Shown: positions 23,248 to 34,249 of the stretch, piece by piece
Position numbering within the stretch: position 1 is the first letter of the stretch
How the letters are laid out: each line of letters starts with the position of its first letter
From: Cladosporium halotolerans
Taxonomy: Eukaryota
Assembly (NCBI RefSeq): GCF_011745625.1
Contig: NW_027191454.1
Coordinates: forward strand, 558,001 to 622,000
Length of the DNA stretch: 64,000 nucleotides
Reading direction: 5' to 3'
Made by a program: the position numbers and the translations under genes
Notes under the pieces: generated by a model
The model's database searches: none
What the model was told of the DNA's origin: nothing
What the model saw: only the letters and a program-made list of their open reading frames with translations

Positions 23248-23276
23248 GGGAAGGGTAAATAGGGTTAGGGTCAGGG
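23248..23276 (+). repeat. Degenerate telomere-like (TTAGGG) G-tract cluster
   Basis: GGGAAGGGTAAATAGGGTTAGGGTCAGGG: five GGG runs with short spacers. Confidence 0.5.
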
Positions 23277-26004
23277 TAAATGATGAAAGTATCACAACCG
23301 CCGGTCTAGACACTACTCGTGTGAAGGATGTTTGGTCCTCGATGACGGAAATGGAACTCCGTCTACATGTCACGGAGATATGTCAATACGTTGCAATGGT
23401 TGATCGAGGTCGCTTTCTGTCTCGACGTATAATTCAGCGTTCACATTCAGACTGATCGAAGAATGGTTGAACGAGAAAGCTTCGAACTTTGGTGACACAC
23501 AAGCTATGCACTCACCGAAGCAAGTAGACATGTACTGTTTCACTAGCGATGAGACGATGCTCGAAAACCTGTATTCCTACATGCCCAAGACATCGAGAAT
23601 TGCGGATCGTCAGGGTCGTTGCTGCCGGATCGCCAGGGCAAGCACGGCAGAATGTCTGTTCTAGACCGATTTGTACCCTTGGCCTCAAGGATGGATGCAG
23701 AAACGTCCCGTCTTGGGCAAACGAGGGCGGTACAGTAGACAATCAAGAATGGTCGTCCATCGCACGGCAAATAGCAGAGTAGAAGGAGCGGTCCATTCGT
23801 GACAGTGGTTGAAGCCAGGCAGGAGCAAAATGACTTCGTTCACCTTGTTCTGACTTCACCCCCGTTACATCACCGCCACTCTGCGCGATCCAATCACCAC
23901 TACGGGGTGCCTGACACGACGCATACTTCTGAAGCGGGCCCCGATACTGTCGACCCTTGTCGACGACCAACACCTGCGCCCATCACACTGCAGCTGGAAA
24001 GTCAATCGAACACTCGTCCATGTTTCAGAACCCGCAGCTATCTAGTTGAACACGATGGTACTCACGCGGGCGTATTCCCCTGCTCGGACACCGCAAGCAG
24101 TCGGGCAAAACCATCCACAAAAATCCCCAAGTGATGTATGTACGATGTCAACGAGCTCCCGGACGCCCGTCCGAGCCTGGAACCAGGCACACAAGACCGT
24201 GAGATCCGAGGGCGCTAGGATGTCCATTGATGAAAAGGCATGAACCTTGCGCAACTCGCTGCAGGAACAGACGAACAGCCACGGGGAAAGCTGTCATTCT
24301 ACGCCATCGCGTCATGCCCCCAGAGAAAAATCGCAACTTGGAAATTCATCGACCGGCTGGTCGGGAGGTGGACACCAGCCACCGACTCCTGCCGCCTGGC
24401 GACCGCGCCGCGACTGCTGAAAAGGGCATGAGCATCGGAGACAAATGCGACTGACTTCCCGCCCCTTCTATTGGTCTCAGGCCAGACTGCATTCTGTGGC
24501 AGCGGCCGGAGTTGACTGCCGAGTTGGTTTTGCGTGTCGCCCGCCTGCATAGATCGATGTCTTTGTGCACGAATCCACAGACTATCTGCAGACTTATATC
24601 ATCCTACTTCATGTGGTCGAAGCGTCCTACCGCCATGCCGGAAACTACTCATCGCAAACGGCGTCCGAGCTTCAGAGCACGTTTTCTCAGCGTCCTAGTG
24701 TCGCAATAAGATTGCAGATTAGATCAGTGGTACGCAACGCTTGGAGGCCGCATTTTGGCTCGACCACGCGCGACGCAATTGCTAGCCGGAAGCTTGAGGC
24801 CTGCAGGCTCGCCAACGGTCGCCAATCATGCCGGACGCTGGCCGCGAGACTTCAGCGTGCAACTGCAAGCGGCTAAAGACAGGCGAGAGCGCTGCACAGG
24901 CCAGAAGGACACGAAGGGACTTACCACGCGTGTAACCTTCTTCTCCAGCATACAGCAATATGCACATAGACGCACGCCATGTTGCTTTCGTCGCAACTCT
25001 GTAGATCAACCAACTATGGGCCATCTTGAATCGCGGCCTGCGCGATGCAGGAGGTGGCACGTATCGTTGTGGCTGGCCTCGCAAGCGCTCAACCGCTCTT
25101 GGTCGCGCGGATCGACGATGGTGCTCACTCCTGCTGAGCCATCACGATCGGAGTGGCTGACGAGCAGGAGACGCTACAGCTCGCAGTGACAAGATGCTCA
25201 GGCCTGATTCGGGCAGAGCTGTCCGAGGGCACGGCAGAGCGGCCACACGAGAGCCACCACAGCAGAGCTACCACACTCACAGCTACCACATCATGGCACC
25301 TGGTCGTGGCTCGTTGTGTGGCTCACAAGCTACACACCACTGCTCAACGACACGTGGGTAGCCAAACTCACAGTGTCACTTTCACGAGTCCTCGAGTCTA
25401 CTGTAGCCGGGTATGACGTAGGGCGCGAGCGCTGGACTCGAGCCAAACTTGTATCGCATAACCCCAGCCCAACGTCAACACGACGCAACGGAGGGCACGG
25501 TTGCGATTCCACGAAACATGCCGTCACTCGCTTGCGTCGTACTACTCCAAACCTGCCGACAGGCCGGAGGTAAGTCTAGCCAGCACCAATGGCCACGATC
25601 GACACCATAGTTGCTTGGCCAGAGCGGCCACCCGGCCTTGCGCCCCTCACCTGTGGCTGCAGCTGCGCTGGGATAGCTGGCGCCATCCCTGTCGTCTTGA
25701 TGCATCCACCCGCTGCGCGACGCTGTGGCGACGTCATGTCCCGTCTTTCGATTGCGATGCGTTCAGTCGATGGCCGACCAGATGGGACCCTGGCATGTCA
25801 TGTCCCATGCCCTGTGCTGTGGTAGCTGCTCGTCGAGCTCCCAGCTATATCAGAAAAACCACAGCCACACTTCCCTCCCTTCCTACTTTTTCCCCCATTA
25901 TTGTTTCCTCCCAAACAATTTCCTCCCTCCTCAAACTCCCAATTCAATTATACGAAGACTGTACGATTGTTACGACCTACACTCAATCTAGTTAATGCTC
26001 CCTG

Positions 26005-29000
26005 TTGTGCATGCCCACCAGCAACTCTAGTCAATACGCCTACTACTCTTTCCCCCCAACTCCCGACAGACGCTCTCCAGCCACAAGCCGGGGATCTTCA
26101 TCGAAAACAGACTCTTCCAACAAGACAATCCGCAACCTAGACAGCATGGCTCCCTCTCCCGCGGCCGGTAAGCAGCAGGCCAGCGCCGCCCCCAAGACTC
26201 CCACCAAGCTTGGAAGGAAGCCCGGAAACACCCCCCAGAAGCTCGGCCAGTCCGCGACCAAGGGTGCGCAGGGCGCAACCAAGTCCACTCCCAAGTCCAC
26301 TCCCAAAGGTGCCGCCTCGAACGTCGGCCAGCAGGCCGGCAAGGCCCAGGACACCGCCAAGGGTGCCGCTGAGCAGGCCCCGAAGAACGTCGAGCTCAAG
26401 GATGATGAGAACGACGACGACGAGGGCGAGGGCGAGGGTCTGATGAGCAAGGTCTCTCAGGCCGGCGAGAAGGGCAAGGAGGGCCTTGAGGAGGCCGCTC
26501 CCGAGCCCGTCCAGGACGACGACGACGAGAACGAGAATGACGACGACGATGACGACAACGCCGTCGAGGGCGCCACCAAGCAGGCCGAGGGCGCCGCCGA
26601 CGATGCCCAAGAAGAGGGCGAGGACGTCGCCGATGACGCCACCGAGAAGGCTGGCCAGGTCGGCGAGTCCGCTGACGAGACCCAGGACGACGGCGACGGC
26701 GACGAGCAGGAGGGCCAGGAGGGTGGCCAGCTGCTCTCCGGCGCCAAGGGTCTTGCGGGCAAGGCTTCTGGCCTCGCTGGCAACCAGGACCCGAAGAAGG
26801 CTGCTGAGGACGTCAAGGACGGCGCTCAGGAGACCGCTGAGGGTGCCGCTGAGGAGGGCCAGAAGGTCGCCGGCGAAGCCACTGATGAGGCTGGCGAGGC
26901 TGCCGAGGACGCCAAAGACGGCGCCGAGGATGCTGCCGACGACGCCAAAGAGGGCGTTGAGGGCGCTGCTGATGACGCTCAAGACCAGGCCGAAGGTGCT
27001 GTCGAAGGCGCCGAAGACACCGCCGAAGGCGCCGAAGACGCCGCTGAGGATGCCCAGGACCAAGCTGAGGGTGCCGCCGAGGGCGTCTCCTCCGTCGGTG
27101 ACTTGAACGTTCTCAAGGGCCTTGAAGTCCAGCCTGATGGAAACATCGTCGACGCTGAGGGCAACCCGATCGGCAGACTGTCCGAGGGCGACGCCGAGGA
27201 CCTCGAGGGCTACCCGATCGGTGAGAACGGCGAGATCCTCGATGACGACGGCGATCTTGTCGGCCGCGTTGAGCTCCTTCCTGACGAGATCAAGAGGCAG
27301 GTCAAGGAGGCTCGCGAGCAAGGCGAGGAGCTCCCCGAGGGCGCTGAAGAGTACCTCGACGACGATGACGAGGAGGGTGAGGGTGAGGATGATGATGAGG
27401 GCGATGACAATCTCCCTAGCCTCGCCATTCTCGACGGTCTCACTTGCCAGGTCGACGGCCTCATCTACGACTCTGATGGCAACACCATCGGCAAGGTCAC
27501 CGAGGGCGACCCCTCTGAGCTCCAGAACGCTACCCTCAACTCCGAGGGTGAGTTCATTGACGAGGATGGAAACGTCGTCGGCTACGCTGCCATTCACGAG
27601 GATGCTGCGGATCTCGTCGAGCAGGGCATCTACGAGCCCGCCAGCGCCGCCACTGATGCCGCCGAGGGCGCCGAGGATCAGCTCGACGACGCTGCCGGCG
27701 AGGCCGGTGACGCCGTCGATGGTGCCGAGGATGCCGCCGAGGATGCCGCCGAAGACGCCCAGGACCAGGCCGAGGGCATCGAGGACGAGCTGCCCGGCAT
27801 CGAGGCTCTCGAGGGCAAGGAGCTCAATGAGGCCGGCGAGATTGTCGGCTCTGACGGCGACGTCCTCGGCAAGATCGAGGACGACGAGATTCGCCAGAAG
27901 ATTGAGGATGGCGAGATCGATCCTGACACCCTCAAGATCAACGAGGATGGCCAGGTGGTCGACGAGGATGGCAACATCCTTAGCGCCACAGAGCTCGTCG
28001 ATGGCGCTGCCGAGAAGCTCAGCAAGCTCGCTCCTACCTACGACATCCGCATCCTTGGCGACCGTAAGGTCAACAAGAAGGGCAAGGTCCTCGACGACGA
28101 TGGCGAGGAGATCGGCCAGCTCACTGAGGGTGACCCCGCCAAGTGCGCCGGCAAGAAGATCAACGAGAAGGGCGAGGTTCTCGACAAGGATGGCAAGGTC
28201 CTTGGCAAGGTTGGCATCACTGAGGGTGAGGCCGCCGAGACCGCCACCAAAGAGCTCCTGGAGGAGCTTGGCGAGCTGCCCGGCCAGGACCTGCCCGGTC
28301 TCGAATCTCTTGAGGGCCTGAAGGTCAACAAGAAGGGCCAGATCCTCGATGAGGATGGCGAGCCCATTGGTGAGCTCACCGAGGGTGATCTTGCCCAGTG
28401 CGCTGGCAAGAAGGTCAACGACCAGGGCGAAGTCCTTGACAAGGATGGCAAGACCGTCATCGGCAAGGTCCGTACTCTTGCTCCTCAGGGCGAAGAGGAG
28501 GAGCAGGAGGAGGAGCAGCCTGAAGAAGGCGAAGGCGAAGGCGAAGGCGAGGAAGAGCAGGAGGGCGAGGGTGAGGAAGAGGAGGAGGGTGACGGCCTTC
28601 CTCCCCTTTCCATCCTCGATGGCCTCACCGTCAACAAGGCTGGCAAACTGATTGACAGCAACGGAAACGTTGTTGGCGAGCTTGTTGAGGGTGACGCCAA
28701 GAAGCTCTCCAAGTCCGGCCTCACTGCCGACGCCGAGGGCCAGTTCTGGGACAACAAGGGCAACGTCATCGGCCGTGCCCAGACCGTTCCCCAAGAGGAG
28801 AGTGAGGAGGAAGCTCCTTTCGCCGGCCTCGAGGGTCTCAAGGTCATTGAGAACGGCTACGTTGCTGACGAGAATGGCAACATCGTCGGTGTCGTCACCG
28901 AGGGTGAGGCTAAGAAGCTCATTGGTCGCGCCGTCGACGAGGACGGTGATATCATCGACAAGAAGGGCTCCGTCGTTGGCCATGCCGACCGCTACGAGGA

Positions 29001-31179
29001 GGAGGAGGCTCCTGAAGAGGAGGCCGCTGACCTCTCCTTCTTGCAGGGCAAGACCGTCAACAAGGCTGGTGTTGTCATTGGCGACGAGGGCACTCCCATT
29101 GCCCGCCTCGTCGAGGGCAAGGCTAAAGAGGTCGCCGGCAGGAAGCTCGACACCGAGGGTCAGCTCTGGAACGACCAGGGCCAGGTCATTGGACGCGTCG
29201 AGCTCATCCCCGAAGAGGAGCGCGAGTCCAAGCCGGAAGGCCCCTTCGCCGGCCTCGAGGACCTCCGTGTCATCGAGGGTGGCAAGGTCGCCGACGAGGA
29301 CGGCAACGTTGTCGGCGAGATCGTTGAGGGCAACCCCAAGCGCCTGGTCGGTCTCTCCGTCGATGAGGATGGTGACATTGTCGACAAATACGGCAACGTC
29401 AAGGGCCACGCCGAGCCGCTGCCCCAGGAAGAGGAGGAGGAGGTTGACAACAGCATCCTCGAGAACAAGGAGCTCAACAAGCAAGGCTACGTTGTCGACG
29501 AGCAGGGCATTCCCTACGGCCGTCTCGTCGAGGGCAACGTGAAAGAGCTGGCTGGTCGTCGCTGCGACGAGAACGGATACATCTACGGTGACACCGGCAA
29601 GGTCGTCGGCCGCTGTGAGGTCATTCCTGAGAACGAGCGTGTCGCTCGTCCTGAGGGTCCGTTCGCTGGTCTCGAGGGCCTGCGCGTCGTCAAGGACGGC
29701 AAGGTCGAGGACGCCGATGGCAACGTCGTTGGCGAAATCGTCGAGGGCAACGCTAAGCGTCTTGTCGGCCTTGCTGTTGATGAGGACGGTGATATTATCG
29801 ACAAGTACGGTAATGTCAAGGGCCACGCAGACCCGTGGGAGGAAGAGGAGGAGCCTGAGGTCGACCTCTCTGCTCTCGCTGGCTGCACCATCAACAAGAC
29901 TGGCAACGCCGTCGACGGTAACGGCACCATCATCGGCCACGTCGTCGAGGGTGACGTCAAGTCTATGGTTGGCAAGAAGGTCGATGGCCAAGGTCAGATC
30001 TGGGACAACGCTGGCAACGTCGTCGGACGCTGCGAGCTTGCTCTTGGTGAGGACACCAGCCCTGAGGGTCCCTTCGCCGGCTTCGAGGGTCTTCAAATCA
30101 ACAAGGACGAGACCATCACCACACCCTCTGGCGACATTGTCGGTCGCATCATCGAGGGCGACATCAAGAAGCTTCTTGGCCACACTGTCGAGGAAGATGG
30201 CGACATCATCGACAAGAACGGCAACAAGATCGGTGCTGCCGAGCGCTGGGAGCCCGAGGAGAAGGAGCGTCGCGTCAACCCCATGTCTGGCATGCGTGTC
30301 AACAAGGAGGGCGAGGTCCGTGACGAGAACGGTGACCTGGTCGGCCGTCTCACTGACGGCAACCTCGGCCACTGCGTCGGTCAGGAGATCGACGACAACG
30401 GCAACGTCGTCGACCAAGACGGCAACAAGATCGGCGAGTGCACTCTCCTCGAGAACATCGATGAGGAGGAGTACGAGGGCCCCTCTGAGGAGGAGCTCGC
30501 GGAGGCCGCCAAGCGCGAGGAGGAGCGCAAGATCGCCGAGAAGATGGGCTCCATCTGCCAGCAGACCCTCGAGCGTGTGCAGCCCGTGTGCAAGCAGATC
30601 AAGGAGCACATGGAGAAGGCTGACCGTACGCCCAAGGACGAGCTGGACGAGGAGCAGCTCGTCAACGACGTCAAGCCTCTCATCGAAGAGGGCGGCCGTA
30701 TCCTGCAGGAGTGCAACGGCTCCCTGCGCGGTCTCGACCCCGACGGCAAGATCGCTGCGCAGGCCAAGGGCCGTGCTGGCACCGGCGAGGCTACCCCCGA
30801 GGAGCACCGTCTTGCCGAGACCCTCAAGGAGATTACCACTACTGTCGTCACCACCATCGACGACGCGAAGAAGAAGCTGAACGACATGCCTCACGCCAAG
30901 AAGAAGCTGAACCCGCTCTGGGGCCTGATGACCCAGCCGCTCTTCCAGATCCTCGCCGCCGTCGGCCTCCTGCTGGCCGGTGTCCTGGGTCTCGTTGGCC
31001 AGCTGCTCAACGGCCTCGGCCTGGGTGGTCTCGTCAACGGTCTGCTCGGCGGCCTCGGCATCAACAAGCTGCTCCAGTCCTTCGGTCTGGGCGGTGATGA
31101 CAAGAAGGGCAAGAAGAAGGGTGGCAGCGCCATTAGCAGCCTGCCCATCGTCGGTGGCATGCTCGGTGGTGGCAAGTAA
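26005..31179 (+). CDS. Very acidic LEA-like / DUF3659-repeat protein (~1700 aa) with a C-terminal helical and Gly/Leu hydrophobic domain
   Basis: Intronless ORF with strong C-ending codon bias. Many repeats of L.GL.VNK.G.I.D.DG..VG.L.EGD.KKL.G..VDE.G.I.DK.G.V.G, LEA-like AEDA repeats, and a C-terminal LFQILAAVGLLLAGVLGLVGQLLNGLGLGG. The true start may be the ATG at 26011 or 26146. Confidence 0.85.
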   Translation: MCMPTSNSSQYAYYSFPPTPDRRSPATSRGSSSKTDSSNKTIRNLDSMAPSPAAGKQQASAAPKTPTKLGRKPGNTPQKLGQSATKGAQGATKSTPKSTPKGAASNVGQQAGKAQDTAKGAAEQAPKNVELKDDENDDDEGEGEGLMSKVSQAGEKGKEGLEEAAPEPVQDDDDENENDDDDDDNAVEGATKQAEGAADDAQEEGEDVADDATEKAGQVGESADETQDDGDGDEQEGQEGGQLLSGAKGLAGKASGLAGNQDPKKAAEDVKDGAQETAEGAAEEGQKVAGEATDEAGEAAEDAKDGAEDAADDAKEGVEGAADDAQDQAEGAVEGAEDTAEGAEDAAEDAQDQAEGAAEGVSSVGDLNVLKGLEVQPDGNIVDAEGNPIGRLSEGDAEDLEGYPIGENGEILDDDGDLVGRVELLPDEIKRQVKEAREQGEELPEGAEEYLDDDDEEGEGEDDDEGDDNLPSLAILDGLTCQVDGLIYDSDGNTIGKVTEGDPSELQNATLNSEGEFIDEDGNVVGYAAIHEDAADLVEQGIYEPASAATDAAEGAEDQLDDAAGEAGDAVDGAEDAAEDAAEDAQDQAEGIEDELPGIEALEGKELNEAGEIVGSDGDVLGKIEDDEIRQKIEDGEIDPDTLKINEDGQVVDEDGNILSATELVDGAAEKLSKLAPTYDIRILGDRKVNKKGKVLDDDGEEIGQLTEGDPAKCAGKKINEKGEVLDKDGKVLGKVGITEGEAAETATKELLEELGELPGQDLPGLESLEGLKVNKKGQILDEDGEPIGELTEGDLAQCAGKKVNDQGEVLDKDGKTVIGKVRTLAPQGEEEEQEEEQPEEGEGEGEGEEEQEGEGEEEEEGDGLPPLSILDGLTVNKAGKLIDSNGNVVGELVEGDAKKLSKSGLTADAEGQFWDNKGNVIGRAQTVPQEESEEEAPFAGLEGLKVIENGYVADENGNIVGVVTEGEAKKLIGRAVDEDGDIIDKKGSVVGHADRYEEEEAPEEEAADLSFLQGKTVNKAGVVIGDEGTPIARLVEGKAKEVAGRKLDTEGQLWNDQGQVIGRVELIPEEERESKPEGPFAGLEDLRVIEGGKVADEDGNVVGEIVEGNPKRLVGLSVDEDGDIVDKYGNVKGHAEPLPQEEEEEVDNSILENKELNKQGYVVDEQGIPYGRLVEGNVKELAGRRCDENGYIYGDTGKVVGRCEVIPENERVARPEGPFAGLEGLRVVKDGKVEDADGNVVGEIVEGNAKRLVGLAVDEDGDIIDKYGNVKGHADPWEEEEEPEVDLSALAGCTINKTGNAVDGNGTIIGHVVEGDVKSMVGKKVDGQGQIWDNAGNVVGRCELALGEDTSPEGPFAGFEGLQINKDETITTPSGDIVGRIIEGDIKKLLGHTVEEDGDIIDKNGNKIGAAERWEPEEKERRVNPMSGMRVNKEGEVRDENGDLVGRLTDGNLGHCVGQEIDDNGNVVDQDGNKIGECTLLENIDEEEYEGPSEEELAEAAKREEERKIAEKMGSICQQTLERVQPVCKQIKEHMEKADRTPKDELDEEQLVNDVKPLIEEGGRILQECNGSLRGLDPDGKIAAQAKGRAGTGEATPEEHRLAETLKEITTTVVTTIDDAKKKLNDMPHAKKKLNPLWGLMTQPLFQILAAVGLLLAGVLGLVGQLLNGLGLGGLVNGLLGGLGINKLLQSFGLGGDDKKGKKKGGSAISSLPIVGGMLGGGK

Positions 31180-31242
31180 GCAATTACTCGCTAGCCAGCG
31201 CTTCTTACTTAGCATGATGTTGTAGAAGAAAGAGCTCGGACC

Positions 31243-31332
31243 GGTGGGAGGAGAGTTTCATTTGTCAGACCAATAACCAATACGAAGAGGAGGTTTACGC
31301 GCCAGGTGGGAGGAGGGTTTCATTTGTCAGAC
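31243..31332 (+). repeat. 28-bp direct repeat (2 copies, 1 mismatch) in the 3' region of the LEA-like gene
   Basis: GGTGGGAGGAG(A/G)GTTTCATTTGTCAGAC at 31243-31270 and 31305-31332. Confidence 0.85.
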
Positions 31333-32104
31333 ACCAAGGGGACGAGAAAGGAAAGAGGAATTGACGACTTTCTGGGAGGAAAGTTGAAACATTTTGGATA
31401 TCCATCTGGAGGCTGGAGCTGAGTGAGAGGAGATTCCTTCCCATCTTCTCCTTGGGAGGGGAGGGGATGGGATGGCCTTCTTTCCTCAGATTTCTGTCTT
31501 CTTTTTGCTGATTTCTTGCTGCGTTCTCGTACGCTGTGTTCTGTTTTAATGACCTCTTTGCTCTTTTGCTTTTCGGCCTTGATCAAGCATGTATTTCTAG
31601 CTTATAGTTAGTTTCTTAGTTTTACGGACGCGTAATGACGATGAACTACTTCAAAACAATCCTATTTCTCAGTCTTCTGTCTGCACCATCTCAGCTGTTC
31701 ATCTTGTACACAAGATCTCCGAACGGTAATGATCATGCTTGTTACCGCAGCCGCAGCCGGTGCCTCAGAACGAGCAGCTTATATCACGTGATTAGAGGTG
31801 AAGGACAATTCAGCCAACCACAACCATCTTATCAGCCTTGTAGGGTGTGATGAGATATCAATTGCAAGATGGAAGGAAGCAGATTCACGTAAAGACATAA
31901 CATTCATACGCATCATTTGTACGCCCCGCGCACCCTCGCCAGCGAGCGAGCCCGTATAGACAAACCGAACGACCGAAAGCACTCGCACTTCTCGGAAAGC
32001 CATTATTTACAGAATGCCTCCCTGGCCCATCCAGGCCACCTCAGCCACAGCCTAAGCCCCTGCCCACCCACTCCGTCTCCCCCGCCCGTATCCAATCGCA
32101 CCCC

Positions 32105-34249
32105 TCACACAACAACACCCTCTCCAATCCCCCTCGCCCTTCTTTTCCTCTCCGCCCTCCTCCTCCGCCTCTCACCCGCATCCTCCGTCACGCCTTCATC
32201 AAACTCCACCCCACTTTCAAACGTCCTCCGAAACCCCATCAACCCTCCCAAACTCCGATCCCCATTTGCAACAACCATCTCATTCCCCCCATCCACCATC
32301 GCCACGCCCGCGACCGTGCCCAGAAACCGGATATCCTGCCTGAATCTCCCTCCCGCTTTCTCCCACCCACTCTCCCTCTCCCCCTCGCGCAGAATCCCCC
32401 TCGCGTCAAAAACACTAACCACATCCTCATTCTCCGCGCTAACCAGCAATCCCCCATCCGCACTAAAACTCAACGACCTCGCGCACGTCAGCGCGCTCGT
32501 GGCCACCGCCAGCGGCTCGCTCCACTTCCGCGCATCCCACAGCACGACCTTGCCGTCCTGCGCCCCCGTCGCCAGCACCCGGTCGTCCGGCGCCCAGGCG
32601 CACGCGAAGATATGGTCCGTGTGCGCCTTGAGGGTGGCCAGGACGTCGCCGGACTCGGCGTCCGTGACGAGCGCGTCGGGCGCGTCACCGACGACGGCTC
32701 TCAGGCGGGCGCCGCAGGCGGTTGCGGCGGCGTTGAGGGGGTGGGGGTGGGAGTGGGAGAGCGTGAAGGTCTGCGTGGTCAGGTCGAGGAGGCGCAGGCG
32801 CTGGTCGTTGGCGCAGAAAGCTGCGACGGGAAGGCCGGAGCGGTGCGCGGGGTGCGTGTGGATGTGGGTTACGAGGGCGTTAGGGTCGTGGGTTACGTGG
32901 CCTTCGTGGTGGGAGGGGGAAGGGGCGTCGAGGGAGGTGAGGGCGTATTCGCCGTCGAAGCCGCCGGCTATGAGGTGGGAGTCAGTGGCGGCGAGGCAGG
33001 TGATGCGGATTGGGGTGCGGGTTGTGGTGGATTTTGTGAGGTCGAGGAGGGTGCTTTCTTGTGTTGGGAGGGAGAGCGGGGCGCGGAGGACTTTGCTGGC
33101 GTTGGCGTAGAAGAGGTCGCGGCCGCTGGAGGCGAGGACGTGGCGCAGCTGGTGGTGGGCATATTTGGGGCGTCGGAGGCCGTTGAAGTAGTGGAATTTG
33201 TAGTGAGTCTGGGCTTCTGTGCATGTTGGTCCGTCTTCGTCGGGCATTTGGTGTGAGGTAGACGGGTACTGGAGGTATGTTCGATTTCGAAGAGCGTCCA
33301 CCCTCTGCATGCCGATGTCGCGCCAGTTGATACCCTGGACATCGACGTCTTGATCCGTCAACTCCTGATGACTGAAGACAGGTGGAGCACTGTCATCCAT
33401 ATCGCTGCGTTTGATGAGAGCATCTCTAAGCCTTTGCTGTGGCTCAGAAACGTCCCATGTATCCAAATTGTCCAGAACATCTGCGCCATAACGAGGATCG
33501 TCCACAGACCAGGCCGTCTCGGCCATGTCTGACAAAACGGTATAGTGCCCCGTACCGCCATATCGCAAGCTCAGCTCGGGTGAGAGGTCGGATTGAGTGT
33601 CAGGGTTAAGGGTAGATGGTGTAAACGAGAAATGCGACTGCATGCCAGTCGCGGATAAGGCGGAGGTATTCCTCAGGCTGTCGCATGAGGGCTGATGCGA
33701 GATCGCCCGTGATCGTGCTAAGGAATTGCTTCTAGAATCAAGCTGGGGGAGTAGTTCAGGACAAATCGTTTCAAGATCGCAGCTCTCGTCTTGTTCAGCG
33801 ACAGTCTCATCTGATTCCGATGGCCCATTTTGACTGCGGAAGTCCGCATCCAGGTCCAAGTCTAATACACTCCCGGATCCAATAGTTTCTCCCTCGATGG
33901 CGTCGTTCGCAAGAGACCGCTCCCCAGCCTGCTCCTCCTCAACAGCAGCATACACCTCCTCCCCCTTCACCCCATCATCACCCCTCAACCCTTCCTCACT
34001 CTCCTCTAACACCTCCAACCCTCCCCTCACCAACAACGGCGTCTCTGCCTCCAACAACTCCATCCCAGATCCCCAAGACCCAGTCGGCGCAAACACCACC
34101 TCCTCAAACCGCGCCATACAGGCCCTCTCGACCTTAGAGCCCCTGCGATCCATCATCGGCCGTCTCCAGCGAGCCCGCTTGCAAGTAGTGGCAGTAGTGA
34201 AGGAGTGCTCTTTGAACGGTGGGCTGCAGAAGTAGTACATCTCGGGCAT
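32105..34249 (-). CDS. WD40-repeat protein (DUF2415-like C-terminus)
   Basis: DVQGINW, HHQLRHVL, LIAGGFDGEY, ANDQRLR, the WD repeat LKAHTDHIFACAWAPDDRVLATGAQDGKVVLWD, and ARSLSFS..AENEDVV. The N-terminal extent is uncertain because the ORF-track start at 34297 is TTG. Confidence 0.75.
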   Translation of the reverse strand: MPEMYYFCSPPFKEHSFTTATTCKRARWRRPMMDRRGSKVERACMARFEEVVFAPTGSWGSGMELLEAETPLLVRGGLEVLEESEEGLRGDDGVKGEEVYAAVEEEQAGERSLANDAIEGETIGSGSVLDLDLDADFRSQNGPSESDETVAEQDESCDLETICPELLPQLDSRSNSLARSRAISHQPSCDSLRNTSALSATGMQSHFSFTPSTLNPDTQSDLSPELSLRYGGTGHYTVLSDMAETAWSVDDPRYGADVLDNLDTWDVSEPQQRLRDALIKRSDMDDSAPPVFSHQELTDQDVDVQGINWRDIGMQRVDALRNRTYLQYPSTSHQMPDEDGPTCTEAQTHYKFHYFNGLRRPKYAHHQLRHVLASSGRDLFYANASKVLRAPLSLPTQESTLLDLTKSTTTRTPIRITCLAATDSHLIAGGFDGEYALTSLDAPSPSHHEGHVTHDPNALVTHIHTHPAHRSGLPVAAFCANDQRLRLLDLTTQTFTLSHSHPHPLNAAATACGARLRAVVGDAPDALVTDAESGDVLATLKAHTDHIFACAWAPDDRVLATGAQDGKVVLWDARKWSEPLAVATSALTCARSLSFSADGGLLVSAENEDVVSVFDARGILREGERESGWEKAGGRFRQDIRFLGTVAGVAMVDGGNEMVVANGDRSLGGLMGFRRTFESGVEFDEGVTEDAGERRRRRAERKRRARGIGEGVVV

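Noticed and set aside
23400..25990. Numerous 60-160-aa ORFs upstream of the LEA-like gene
   Set aside because: No recognisable motifs, codon bias or consistent splice structure; treated as intergenic or regulatory.
26137..31215. 1692-aa antisense ORF overlapping the LEA-like gene
   Set aside because: It is the codon-aligned mirror of a highly biased sense gene that rarely uses TTA/CTA/TCA, so antisense stops are absent. The translation is monotonous L/V/A/D with no domain.
31243..31332. CRISPR-like repeat-spacer-repeat appearance (28-nt repeats, 34-nt spacer)
   Set aside because: Only two copies, in a eukaryotic 3'UTR, with no cas genes.
31917..33110. 397-aa plus-strand ORF opposite the WD40 gene
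   Set aside because: Low-complexity S/P/R translation; the minus strand carries the recognisable WD40 motifs.
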